A stretch of 64,000 bases of DNA from Actinomycetota bacterium. GTDB taxonomy: Bacteria; Actinomycetota; Acidimicrobiia; Acidimicrobiales; VFJN01. Both the position numbers and the translations under genes were made by a program. The notes under the pieces were generated by a model, which searched no databases, was not told the DNA's origin, and saw nothing but the letters and a program-made list of their open reading frames with translations. The DNA lies in contig JBMOLI010000006.1 of assembly GCA_049325515.1 (NCBI GenBank), positions 29,328 to 93,327 on the forward strand. Direction: 5' to 3'. Shown here one piece after another: positions 50,201-58,884 of the stretch (the first letter of the stretch is position 1; every line of letters begins with the position of its first letter).

Positions 50201-51940
50201 GACGAGGACTGTCAGGTGGGCACCGTGCTGGCGGCCGGGGCCTCGTGCGAGTTCAGCTACACGGGTACCGTCACGGCCGGGTCGTTCGGTGCCGCGCACG
50301 TGAACACGGTGACTGTCACCGCCGAGGACAACGACGGCAACGAGACCGGCGACGACGGTTCGGCCATCGTCGAGTACAGCCCGGTGGCCAACCTGGTCGT
50401 GTCGAAGGTGGCATGTCCCAGTCCCGTGGCCCCTGGTGGCGAGCTCACCTACACGATCACGGCCAGCAACGATGGCAATGCCGCTTCGGCGCAAGACACC
50501 ACGCTGGTGGACACTCTGCCGAGCGGCACCTCGCTACTCGATGCGGATGACGGCGCCGTGGGTGAGAGCAACGGTCTCGTCACGATCTCGTGGAGCCTCG
50601 GGCCCATCGATGTCGACGAGTCGGTGACCCGCACCGTGGTCGTGCTCGTGACAGCGCCCAGCGGGACGACCCTTCAGAACTCAGTGACGTTGACGGCGTC
50701 GTCAGTGGCTCCCGCTACGGCAACCACGGACACGCTCGTGTCCGACGCCGGCGCAGCCACTCGAGGGTCGGCGTTCGGCGCCGATCTCCAGGTGCTGGGC
50801 GTTCCCCTCGTCGACCGCTACGGGAACGTCAGCTCTGAGGCACCTTCCTCCCCGGACGGCGACGCCAGCGAGCTGGCGGGCGCGAACCAGCCCGGCCTGT
50901 CGGCGGGCCTCTTGCGTCAGAGCACGGCCTCGACAGTCGACACGACGGCGCAGAGCACCGCGTCATCGACGGTTGCCGGGGTGAGCGTCCTCGACGGTCT
51001 TATCACCGCCGATGTCGTGAAGGGCGTCTCGCAGTCGATCGCAGGGCCGATGTCGGCATCCCACAACGTGGTCGGGTCGACCTTCACCAACCTGAAGGTC
51101 AACGGTGCCGCCGTGACCAACGTCAACCCCAACACGACGGTCAACCTGAAGGTGGTCGGTCTGACGGTCGCCCGAGCTGTCCTCCTCGAACAGACGGGCA
51201 ACGTGTCGGCCACCGACCTCCATTCGGCGGAGGGCGCGGTGAACATGATCCACGTCACGATGCTGGCCCCCTTCGCCGGCCTGCCCGCCGGTGCGGAGAT
51301 CATCGTGGCTCACGCAGACAGCGAGGCCACCTACCCGTCAGGCACGGCGTGCGGACGCGAGCTGGGCTTCGTGACTGGTGAGGCGTTCTCCGTGTTCGCT
51401 CATGGAGCTGTGGGTGGCCAGCCCATCGATCTGGTGAAGCAGGGCGACGCCGTGCTGCCAGCGCTGGGCGGCTCGGACAGCGACGAGGTCAACGAGCTGA
51501 CGCTCGACGGCGTCGTGAGCGCGACCTCCGCACGCAACAGCACGTCCGGGGCCATTTCGACCAGCCCGAACAGCACCAGTCGATCCCAGATCTTCGGTCT
51601 TGATCTGCTCGACGGCCTGATCACTGCTGATGTGCTCGACGTCATGTCGACGAGCTCCACGTCTGGCGCGCCGACGACAGCGCTCGCGTCGACCTTCACC
51701 GGCCTGCGCGTGGGTGGCGTGCCGATCGTGGTGCCTGTCGCGCCCAACACCACGATCCAGATCCCGCAATCGGACGGAAGCGTGCTGCTCGTCGTTCTGA
51801 ACGAGCAGGTGACGACCAGCTCCACGTCGCACACCGAGGGGACCGTCAACGCCGTCCACATCTATGTGCTGAAGGGCGGAGAGATGACAGCAGAGGTGGT
51901 CGTCGCCTCCGCTCACAGCGGTGCACATCTCGGTTTCTGA
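47231..51940 (+). CDS. Large secreted/surface protein: prealbumin-like domains, DUF11-like Ig repeats, two C-terminal choice-of-anchor-P-like domains
   Basis: Arg-rich signal peptide; CTFTN domains; repeated LAVDKS..VTYTV.VSN..CQVGTVLAAGASCEF..NTV units; paired GLITADV..STFT.L.V.G..PNTT..IHV..A domains. Confidence 0.85.
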   Translation: MQSVGRSGSVVQRSSRTRRRLGRRLAVVAAGTSTLLLTPLALETSPVRAAPTSATLEQCANGSAQAPNEPACDPESWVSGNLGASKSHYLEGDSIPYRMRFGGLAPGSTHAVDIEWDTTKAGKHALDYLTTFDRTVTTANPCALSASKSVPGCSPGSYSSYAIPSDPQVASAGVSQVPGEFRLYGGTITAIGAVRPGAGPYSYDEPGFEGDRSASIRVTFTAGSAEPVLAWGGHIAARADWGSLESAVAINGSPYHMRLLGLDGSGGNQDRSLSAEAVIFPSSLKVIKDAAPDHSQDFAFTASDLSPTSFSLDDDSDATLSNEQIFSDITSFGTKSVTEGAVNGWALSSISCTFTGDGSDGSSSNLTTRTLSIEMEEGQDYVCTFTNTRQTGLLRVIKQSSPASPSQFSLHVTQGGSDVAGSPEPGSASGTDYTLPVGTYLVSESGGPAGYTADFSGCGDTGSVLVLDGQTTTCTIVNRPAALGLVVAKSASPTAIAEPGGTITFTVDVTNSSAVAVTIVSLVDDPYGPLSGDADCQVGTALEAGASCSFDFTATVTGNAGTEHTDTVTVVAKDAEDRETTGSASATVTITDEPPSIDVAKSADVVSVSENAGGQATYTVRVSNSSIESVTITAIADDPFGAQAGGEDCQVGTVLAAGASCEFSYTGAVPAGDASGEPFVNTVSVTAQDNDGNEAGDDGSAIVDYTDDLPSLAVDKSAAPDSVPENTGGSVTYTVRVSNLSGESVAVSSIADDRFPHAVGDEDCQVGTVLAAGASCEFSYTGAVPPGDASGEPFVNTVSVTAQDNDGNEAGDDGSAIVDYTDDLPSLAVDKSAAPDSVPENTGGSVTYTVRVSNLSGESVAVSSIADDRFPHAVGDEDCQVGTVLAAGASCEFSYTGAVPPGDASGEPFVNTVTVTAQDNDGNEAGDDGSASVDYDDDLPSLAVDKSAAPDSVPENTGGSVTYTVTVTNLSGESVTVTSIADDPFGAQAGDEDCQVGTVLAAGASCEFSYTGTVTAGSFGAAHVNTVTVTAEDNDGNETGDDGSAIVEYSPVANLVVSKVACPSPVAPGGELTYTITASNDGNAASAQDTTLVDTLPSGTSLLDADDGAVGESNGLVTISWSLGPIDVDESVTRTVVVLVTAPSGTTLQNSVTLTASSVAPATATTDTLVSDAGAATRGSAFGADLQVLGVPLVDRYGNVSSEAPSSPDGDASELAGANQPGLSAGLLRQSTASTVDTTAQSTASSTVAGVSVLDGLITADVVKGVSQSIAGPMSASHNVVGSTFTNLKVNGAAVTNVNPNTTVNLKVVGLTVARAVLLEQTGNVSATDLHSAEGAVNMIHVTMLAPFAGLPAGAEIIVAHADSEATYPSGTACGRELGFVTGEAFSVFAHGAVGGQPIDLVKQGDAVLPALGGSDSDEVNELTLDGVVSATSARNSTSGAISTSPNSTSRSQIFGLDLLDGLITADVLDVMSTSSTSGAPTTALASTFTGLRVGGVPIVVPVAPNTTIQIPQSDGSVLLVVLNEQVTTSSTSHTEGTVNAVHIYVLKGGEMTAEVVVASAHSGAHLGF
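49169..50264 (+). repeat. Intragenic 345-bp (115-aa) tandem repeat
   Basis: GAGGACTGTCAGGTGGGCAC starts at 49169, 49514, 49859 and 50204; the first two periods appear to differ by one base. Confidence 0.95.
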
Positions 51941-51995
51941 ACGTGGTGTCGGCGCCGTCGTCACCAAGGAGATGGGATCTGGCCGGCTGGGCCGG

Positions 51996-52547
51996 TCACC
52001 GTGGACCGCATGACCACCGTGCAGTGCCATGCAGCTCATCGCCCGTTGGGGCTCGCAGCCCCTCGAAGACCAGCTCGCCGCTCCCGTCGGCGGACAGTTC
52101 CAGGCTCGCGGTGGTGCCGCTGACCGCTGCGTAGTCCATGGCCGGCGCTTCGGGATCGGCGATGACGGTCACCTTGAACGTTGTCAGGTCTGTGAGGTCG
52201 TAGGTATCCGCGCCGCGCAACGCCGCAACGGCCGCCTGCCATTGGAGGCGAAGCGGATCGAGGCGTCCGGGGAGCGGGATCACGTAGCTCGCCGCGGAGA
52301 CCAGGTCTTCGCACGCGGTGAGGGTCGAGCTGTATTGGATCTCGTAGACCCCGGAGCTGCTCACTGCGCCCGTCAAGGTCGCGGTGCCCTTCGCTGCCAA
52401 TGGTCCGCCCACTGACGTGGGGGAGGTGGTGGCGAGAGCTGTGGTCGTCGGATCAGCCTCACCTGTGGCGGGCTCATCGTTGCCGCTGCAGGCGGCGCAC
52501 CCCATCAAGACGGCGCCGATGATCAGAGATCGCCAGATCCTCCCCAT
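51996..52547 (-). CDS. Putative lipoprotein
   Basis: MGRIWRSLIIGAVLMGCAACSG signal/lipobox; Thr-rich linker. Confidence 0.65.
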   Translation of the reverse strand: MGRIWRSLIIGAVLMGCAACSGNDEPATGEADPTTTALATTSPTSVGGPLAAKGTATLTGAVSSSGVYEIQYSSTLTACEDLVSAASYVIPLPGRLDPLRLQWQAAVAALRGADTYDLTDLTTFKVTVIADPEAPAMDYAAVSGTTASLELSADGSGELVFEGLRAPTGDELHGTARWSCGPR

Positions 52548-52575
52548 TGGGCGGGAGCATACGACTGGCAAGGAA

Positions 52576-52638
52576 CAACCAACGTCTGTGAACCCTGGCG
52601 GCCGCATGGCGGACGTGGCGGTTCACAGACGTTGGTTG
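52576..52638. repeat. Family A palindromic element copy 8
   Basis: CAACCAACGTCTGTGAAC-N27-GTTCACAGACGTTGGTTG, directly abutting the MaoC TAG. Confidence 0.95.
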
Positions 52639-53103
52639 CTAGGCGAGCCAGCGGCTGAGCGACTCGATCACGCAGGCAGGCTTGGGGTTCCCCTCGACCT
52701 CGATGGTGATGACGATCGTGCTCTGCACGCCGCCGGAGATCTCCTCGACGGAGGCGATCTCCGCTCCGGCTCGCACGCGGCTGCCGACTGGCACCGGTGC
52801 GGGGAAGCGCACCTTGCCGGTGCCGTAGTTGACGCCCGCGGAGGCTCCGGGCACCTGGAGCAGCTGCGGCAGGAAGTAGTTGGACAGCGCGAGTGTGAGG
52901 TAGCCGTGGGCGATCGGGCCGCCGAACGGGCTCTCAGCGGCGGCCCGCTCCACGTCGACGTGGATCCACTGGTGGTCGCCGGTGGCGTCGGCGAACAGGT
53001 TGACGCGGTCCTGGGTGATCTCGATCCAGTCGGTCCAGCCGAGGTGAGCTCCGGCTGCGGCGCGCAGGTCGTCGATCGACTCGTAGGTGGTCGGCGCAGT
53101 CAT
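52639..53103 (-). CDS. MaoC-family (R)-enoyl-CoA hydratase
   Basis: FADATGDHQWIHVD, IAHGYLTL, NYG..KVRFPAPV. Confidence 0.92.
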   Translation of the reverse strand: MTAPTTYESIDDLRAAAGAHLGWTDWIEITQDRVNLFADATGDHQWIHVDVERAAAESPFGGPIAHGYLTLALSNYFLPQLLQVPGASAGVNYGTGKVRFPAPVPVGSRVRAGAEIASVEEISGGVQSTIVITIEVEGNPKPACVIESLSRWLA

Positions 53104-53105
53104 GA

Positions 53106-53888
53106 TCAGGCCCGCTGCGACGACACGGACACGACCTCGCCGGTCATGTAGGTGGAGTAGTCGCTTGCCAGGAACGCGATCACCGTGGCGATCTCCCATG
53201 GCTCTGCCGCTCGACCGAAGGCCTCGCGCTGGGTGAGCTCGTCGAGCAGCTCGTCGGTGGTGACCTTGGCGAGGAACGGGTGCATCGCTAGCGAAGGTGC
53301 GACAGCGTTGATGCGGACGCCGTGCGACGCCGCCTCGATCGCCGCGCAGCGGGTGAGGGCCATCACGCCGGCCTTGGCGGCCGCGTAGTGGGCCTGACCG
53401 TGCTGCGCTCGCCAGCCGAGCACCGAAGCGTTGTTGACGATCACCCCACCCCCGCGCTCGTACATGTGGCGCAGCGCTGCTCGCGTGCAGCGCATCGTGC
53501 CTGTGAGCGTGATGTCGAGCACCTTGTGCCACTGCTCGTCCGTCATGTCGACCAGCTCGGCTGTCCCGCCGAGACCTGCGTTGTTGACGAGCACGTCGAC
53601 GCGGCCGTGGGCACTGATGGCGCCGTCGACCATGGCCTGCACCTGGTCCTCGACCGTGACGTCACAGGGGATCGCGAGTGGACGCGCGCCGGCCAGGTCG
53701 GCCAGCTCGTCGGCGGTCTCACCAAGACGTCGCTCGTGCGCATCGCTCAGTACGACCGTCGCCCCCTCTTGGAGGCAGCGGCGAGCCGTGGCGTTGCCGA
53801 TGCCAGTGCCGGCCGCTGCCGTCACCAGCACGATCTTGCCCGCAAGCAGGTCGCGCCCGGGCGGGGGAGTGGGCGCGGCGTCGATCAT
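53106..53888 (-). CDS. ipdF: SDR oxidoreductase IpdF-like (Rv3559c)
   Basis: TAAAGTGIG, HERRLGET, NNASVLGWRAQ, EAFGRAAEPWE. Confidence 0.88.
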   Translation of the reverse strand: MIDAAPTPPPGRDLLAGKIVLVTAAAGTGIGNATARRCLQEGATVVLSDAHERRLGETADELADLAGARPLAIPCDVTVEDQVQAMVDGAISAHGRVDVLVNNAGLGGTAELVDMTDEQWHKVLDITLTGTMRCTRAALRHMYERGGGVIVNNASVLGWRAQHGQAHYAAAKAGVMALTRCAAIEAASHGVRINAVAPSLAMHPFLAKVTTDELLDELTQREAFGRAAEPWEIATVIAFLASDYSTYMTGEVVSVSSQRA

Positions 53889-53902
53889 CGTGCGTCCTTC
53901 GG

Positions 53903-53953
53903 CGTTCTCGGGCGATCCTGCCGTCCAGGAGACGGAGGAATCGCCCGAGAACG
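53903..53953. repeat. Palindromic element family B copy 2
   Basis: CGTTCTCGGGCGA-N25-TCGCCCGAGAACG between ipdE1 and ipdF. Confidence 0.85.
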
Positions 53954-53979
53954 GCTGTGGAGTGGCGCGGGGGTCGAGG

Positions 53980-55164
53980 TCATGTGGGTTCCTTGGGGAG
54001 GCCGAGGGCGCGCTCGCCGATGATGTTGCGCTGGATCTGGTTCGTGCCGGCGTAGATCGTGTCACTGCGACTGAAGAGGAACAGCCGCTGGAGGCGCGAG
54101 TAGTCCGGCGAGCCGTCCGGGAGGGCGGCCGTGCGAAGGGTGGCCTCCGGGCCCGACACGTCCATCGCGAGCTCGCCCAGGTCGCGGTGCAGCGTCGCCC
54201 AGAACAGCTTGGTGACCATCGCGGCTGGTGGCGCCTCGTGAGTGGAGGACATGATCCGCATCGCGTTGAGCCGCATCAAGCGCAGTCGCAGCCACGTGTC
54301 CGCAAGGCGCTGGCGAACCACCGGATCGTGCACCGTTCCGTTCTGGCGAGCGACATCGACGATGGAGTCCCACTCGTTGAGGAACATCAGGTTCTGGCCC
54401 AGGGTCGAGGCGCCACGCTCGAAGGCGAGCGTGCCCATGGCGACGCGCCAGCCGCCGTTCACCTCTCCGACGACGTTGGCGCCATCCGTGCGGGCCGCGG
54501 TGAAGAACACCTCGTTGAACTCCGAGTCGCCCGTGAGTTGGTGGATGGGGCGGGTCTCCACCCCTGACTGCCGCATGGGGACGAGCAGGTAGGAGATGTC
54601 CTTGTGCTTGGGCGCATCCCGGTCGGTGCGGGCCAGCACGAAGCACCAGTCGGCCCAGTGCGCCTGGCTGGTCCAGACCTTCTGGCCGTCGATCACCCAC
54701 TCGCCATCGATCAGCTCGGCGCGGGTCTGGATGTTGGCGAGGTCCGAGCCGGCGCCGGGTTCGCTGTAGCCCTGGCACCACAGCTCGGTGCCGGCGACTA
54801 TGCCTGGTAGGAACCGCTCGCGCTGCTCGTCGGTACCGAAGGCGATGAGGGTCGGCCCGAGCAGCGTCTCGCCGATGTGGCCGATCCGGCCGGGAGCCCG
54901 GGCTCGTGCGTACTCCTCGAAGTAGATGACCTGCTGGTGGAGCGACAGCCCGCGTCCGCCGTGCTCCTTGGGCCAGGCGACGCAGGTCCAGCCGTGCGCC
55001 CCGAGGTGGCGCTCCCAGGCCAAGCGCTCCTCGAACAGGCAGTCGTCATCACCGGGACCACCGCGCCCCCGCGTCACCGCGAAGTCGCTGAGGAGGCTCT
55101 CCTCGAGGAAGGTCCGCACCTCGTCGCGGAACGCCTCGTCCTCGGCGCTGAACCTCAGGTCCAT
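53980..55164 (-). CDS. ipdE1: Acyl-CoA dehydrogenase IpdE1 (FadE30)-like
   Basis: GRGGPG..FEER.AW, LLGPTLIAFGT, YSEPGAGSDLA, FERGASTLGQ, DTIYAGTNQIQRN; adjacent to ipdF. Confidence 0.85.
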   Translation of the reverse strand: MDLRFSAEDEAFRDEVRTFLEESLLSDFAVTRGRGGPGDDDCLFEERLAWERHLGAHGWTCVAWPKEHGGRGLSLHQQVIYFEEYARARAPGRIGHIGETLLGPTLIAFGTDEQRERFLPGIVAGTELWCQGYSEPGAGSDLANIQTRAELIDGEWVIDGQKVWTSQAHWADWCFVLARTDRDAPKHKDISYLLVPMRQSGVETRPIHQLTGDSEFNEVFFTAARTDGANVVGEVNGGWRVAMGTLAFERGASTLGQNLMFLNEWDSIVDVARQNGTVHDPVVRQRLADTWLRLRLMRLNAMRIMSSTHEAPPAAMVTKLFWATLHRDLGELAMDVSGPEATLRTAALPDGSPDYSRLQRLFLFSRSDTIYAGTNQIQRNIIGERALGLPKEPT

Positions 55165-55223
55165 CGGGCGGACGCTAGACGACGGCTGCTCGAAGGCCCG
55201 CCGTCGGAATGCGTTCGTGCGCC

Positions 55224-57128
55224 TCAGACATCGGGTGCGACAGCGGTGGCTGCAGCCTCGGCCCGCACGAGGGTGCGGTACAGATCTGAGTAGAGACCAC
55301 CGGCGCTCATCAGCTGCTCGTGAGTTCCGCGTTGCACGATCCGCCCTTCGTCCAGCACCAGGATGCAGTCAGCTGCCGTGATGGTGGAGAGCCGATGAGC
55401 GATGACGACGCTCGTTCGGCCCGCCAGGGCGGAGGCGAGCGCGCGCTGCACCAGGGCCTCGTTCTCAGAGTCGAGATGGCTCGTCGCCTCGTCGAGGATC
55501 ACGATCGCCGGGTTCTTCAGCAGCATCCGCGCGATGGCGAGCCGCTGCTTCTCGCCGCCCGACAACCGATACCCGCGCTCGCCCACCAGGGTGTCGAGCC
55601 CCTCAGGAAGCGAATCGACGAGGTCATCGATCTGGGCGGCCCTCACCGCAGCCATCACCTCCGGGAGCGTCGCGGAGGGTCGGGCGTAGCGGAGGTTGTT
55701 GCCGATGGTGTCATGGAACATGTGGCTGTCCTGGCTGACCACACCGATGGCCGCTCGCAGGCTGTCCTGGGTCAGGTCGCGCACATCGATGCCATCGATC
55801 CGCACAGCACCACCGGTGACGTCGTAGATCCGCGGGATCAGCTGCGACAGGGTCGTCTTCCCAGCCCCAGACGGTCCGATCAGCGCCACCATCTGGCCCG
55901 GCTCGATCGTGGCCGTCACGCCTTGTAGCACTGCTGCTGGAGCGCTCTGCTGAGCCCACACCTGGTCGGACGCGGGAGAGACCGCGGGCACGGGCTCGAG
56001 GCTCGCGACGATCGGCTCCGTCGGATAGGTGAAGCGGACATCGTCGAGCTCGATCCGGCCGCGAGGCGCCACCAGGTCGACCGCACCTGGCCTGTCCTCC
56101 AGGTCGTTCGGAGCGTCGAGCACCTCGAAGACCCGTTCAAAGCTGACGAAGGCCGTCATCACATCGACGCGGGCGTTGGTGAGCTGGGTCAGCGGACCGT
56201 AGATCCGGGTGACGAAGGTGGCCAGCGCCACGAGCGTGCCAGCGCTCAGCGCGCCGTCGATGGCGAGCAGTCCTCCGAACCAGTACACCGCGGCGGCGGC
56301 CAGCGAGCCGACGAGCCCGAGGGCGACGAAGAACGTGCGCCCGTAGACGGCAGAGCGCACGCCAACTGCGCGCACCGCGTCGGCGCGGGATGCGAAGTCG
56401 CGGGTCTCGTGGCCGAGGTGGCCGAACAGCTTCACGAGCAGGGCACCGGCCACGTTGAAGCGCTCGGTCATCGTCGTGTTCATCGACGCGTTGAGGTCCA
56501 TCTGCTCGCGGGTGAGAGCTTGCAGGCGCCGACCGACCCGCTTGGCCGGGACGATGAACACGGGGAGGATCACGAGGGTGATCACGGCGAACCGCCACTC
56601 CAGCAGGACGATGGCTGTGCCGTTGGCGCCCAGCGTCACGAGGTTGGAGACGACCGATCCGAGGGTGCCTGTGACGGCCCGTTGAGCACCGAGCACGTCG
56701 TTGTTGAGGCGGCTGGTCAGCGCGCCGGTCTGGGCTCGGGTGAAGAACGCGATGGGCATACGCTGCACACGGTCGAACAGCGCCACCCGCAGGTCGTAGA
56801 TCACACCTTCCCCGATCCGGGAGGACAAGTAGCGCTCGCCCAGAGCCAGGCCCGCGTCGGCGAGCGCGGCGGCGACGATCAGCGCGGCGAGCGCATGGAG
56901 CAACCCGCGGTCGCCCTCCGGGATGGCTTCGTCGAGGATCTGGCGGAACAGCAGCGGCGGGACCAGGCTGACGAGCGCCGTCACGATGATGGTGGCGACG
57001 AACCCAGCGATGAGGGCGTGGTAGGGCCGCGCAAAGCGCCATACCCGAAGAAGCACCGTGCGCGACAGCTGGGCCCCCTCGACGCCGGCAGGGTCGGCGC
57101 CCAGCATCATGTGTGGGCCTTGTCGCAT
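55224..57128 (-). CDS. ABC exporter, fused permease and ATPase
   Basis: 6-TM domain; GPSGAGKTT, LSGGEKQR, ILDEAT, IAHRLST. Confidence 0.93.
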   Translation of the reverse strand: MRQGPHMMLGADPAGVEGAQLSRTVLLRVWRFARPYHALIAGFVATIIVTALVSLVPPLLFRQILDEAIPEGDRGLLHALAALIVAAALADAGLALGERYLSSRIGEGVIYDLRVALFDRVQRMPIAFFTRAQTGALTSRLNNDVLGAQRAVTGTLGSVVSNLVTLGANGTAIVLLEWRFAVITLVILPVFIVPAKRVGRRLQALTREQMDLNASMNTTMTERFNVAGALLVKLFGHLGHETRDFASRADAVRAVGVRSAVYGRTFFVALGLVGSLAAAAVYWFGGLLAIDGALSAGTLVALATFVTRIYGPLTQLTNARVDVMTAFVSFERVFEVLDAPNDLEDRPGAVDLVAPRGRIELDDVRFTYPTEPIVASLEPVPAVSPASDQVWAQQSAPAAVLQGVTATIEPGQMVALIGPSGAGKTTLSQLIPRIYDVTGGAVRIDGIDVRDLTQDSLRAAIGVVSQDSHMFHDTIGNNLRYARPSATLPEVMAAVRAAQIDDLVDSLPEGLDTLVGERGYRLSGGEKQRLAIARMLLKNPAIVILDEATSHLDSENEALVQRALASALAGRTSVVIAHRLSTITAADCILVLDEGRIVQRGTHEQLMSAGGLYSDLYRTLVRAEAAATAVAPDV

Positions 57129-57218
57129 GCGGCGAGCGTACGGGCGGTCGCCTCTGCTTCGTGTGCGCCGGTAGCTGAGCGGCGCGATCTCAGCGAGCGG
57201 CCCCGTGAGCGGTCAGCG

Positions 57219-58553
57219 TCATCGGGAGGTGGGCTCAGGCTTCCGGGTGGCTGGGTCCCTCAGCAGGATGAGCGCGCCGATCGCCGCGGCCACGAGGGAC
57301 GCGACCAGCACGCCGATCTTCGCCTCGTCGGTCGTGGCCGCGTCGTCGAACGCGAGCCCCGCTACGAAGATCGACACCGTGAAGCCGATGCCGGCGATCC
57401 CTGCCATCCCGAGTATGTGGCGCAAGGTGATTCCCGCCGGAAGGCGTCCAACTCCGAGCCTGGTCGCCAGCGAGATGGCCCCCGCCACGCCGGCCAGCTT
57501 GCCGATCACCAGCCCTACGACCACGCCGATGGTGACAGGCGAGCCTGCGGCGTCCCTCAGTGATTCACCCGTCACCGCCACGCCCGCGTTCGCCAGCGCG
57601 AAGACTGGCACGATCAGGTAGCTGGTCCACGGGTGCAGGAAGTCCTGGAGGCGCTCCGTCACAGGGATCGACTCGCGCAGGCGAAACGAGATGTCGCGCA
57701 CCTCAGCGGCCGTGACGTGCTGGTCCGCCGAGAGCTTGTCGGCGATGCGGTCTGCGTCGACCTCGGGCATGAAAGCTCGGGCGGGCGCGAGGAGCCCGAG
57801 CGCCACGCCCGCGATGGTGGCGTGGACGCCTGACTCGAAGGTGGCGAGCCAGATCCCGCAACCGAGCGCGACGTACACCGGCAGGTAGCGGACCCTCGCC
57901 TGACGCAGGATCGCGACGACCAGAAGGCCGGCCCCGGCTAGCGCCAGCCACTGTCCGTCAAGGCCGCCTGAGTAGAAGGCGGCGATCACGATGATGGCGC
58001 CGACGTCATCAACGATGGCCAAGCCGAGCAGCAACACCTTCAGCTCTGGCGGCACCCTGCTGCCGAGCAGCGCCAGCACTCCGACGGCGAACGCGACATC
58101 GGTGGCCATGGGGATTCCCCACCCACCGATGGCGTCGCCGCCGATGTTGAACGCTGCGTACAGCAGAGCAGGAACGACCATTCCTCCCAGCGCTCCAGCC
58201 GCTGGCACGGCCGCTTCGCGCGGCGAGTTGAGCTGACCGTTGGTGAGCTCCTGCTTGATCTCGAGACCGATGACGAAGAAGAACAGCGTCATCAGCCCGT
58301 CGTTGATCCAGTGGCGCAGATCCTCCGTGATCGCGTGCCCACCGAGGTCGATGGTCAGCTCGGTGGACCACAGATCCCGGTAGGCGGCCGACCACGGCGA
58401 GTTGGCCCAGATGAGAGCGATGACCGCCGCGCCTGCGAGCAGTAGGCCGCCGGAGGCCTCGATGTGAAGGAAGCGGTTCAGCGGTCGAGCGACAGATCGC
58501 GCGAGGAACCGATCGCTGCGCAGCCAAGTGGCGCGGTCGGTGCTGGGGGCCAT
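57219..58553 (-). CDS. nhaA: Na+/H+ antiporter NhaA
   Basis: WINDGLM, GWGIPMATD, AIVDD, GIGFTVSIF. Confidence 0.95.
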   Translation of the reverse strand: MAPSTDRATWLRSDRFLARSVARPLNRFLHIEASGGLLLAGAAVIALIWANSPWSAAYRDLWSTELTIDLGGHAITEDLRHWINDGLMTLFFFVIGLEIKQELTNGQLNSPREAAVPAAGALGGMVVPALLYAAFNIGGDAIGGWGIPMATDVAFAVGVLALLGSRVPPELKVLLLGLAIVDDVGAIIVIAAFYSGGLDGQWLALAGAGLLVVAILRQARVRYLPVYVALGCGIWLATFESGVHATIAGVALGLLAPARAFMPEVDADRIADKLSADQHVTAAEVRDISFRLRESIPVTERLQDFLHPWTSYLIVPVFALANAGVAVTGESLRDAAGSPVTIGVVVGLVIGKLAGVAGAISLATRLGVGRLPAGITLRHILGMAGIAGIGFTVSIFVAGLAFDDAATTDEAKIGVLVASLVAAAIGALILLRDPATRKPEPTSR

Positions 58554-58586
58554 CGTGCCTGCTCCTCAGGGTCGCAAAGTGGAATC

Positions 58587-58610
58587 GCCGACCAGGCTTC
58601 CCGGCACACC
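58587..58610 (-). promoter_or_regulatory. Candidate cis-regulatory RNA in the nhaA leader (GGUGUGCCGGGAAGCCUGGUCGGC)
   Basis: Starts about 7 nt after a TACTCT -10 element (58618-58623) and ends 33 nt before the nhaA ATG; can form a hairpin. Confidence 0.45.
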
Positions 58611-58707
58611 AGCGCCCAGAGTAACCCGCTGACCAACCCAGCCTGCTCGAGCGGAGACGGTGACGGGCGCGGCATGTCCTTGGCCTCCCTCAGTGCGTCA
58701 GATGCAC

Positions 58708-58756
58708 GTAAGGAAGCCGTGAGGATCTGGCAACGCCGGGACAACGGGCGGGAAAC
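58708..58756 (+). promoter_or_regulatory. GlnR-like box array upstream of amt
   Basis: GTAAG/GTGAG/GCAAC/ACAAC/GAAAC at 11-bp period (GlnR gTnAc-n6-GaAAc), followed by -10 TACGTT at 58767. Confidence 0.65.
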
Positions 58757-58884
58757 GTCGCGCTCTTACGTTGCTCCCATTCGGTGGAGCAGCAGGCCTC
58801 GCCGACCTCCCGGCGCCTCTGGGCGCGTCCCACTCGGTCCGACCCCGCGGCACGGACGACGCAAACCACCAAGGAGAACAGACA

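Noticed and set aside
49169-50264. Near-identical 345-bp repeats as a DGR template/variable repeat pair
   Set aside because: The repeats are tandem, in frame within one gene, their differences are not adenine-specific, and no reverse transcriptase is present.
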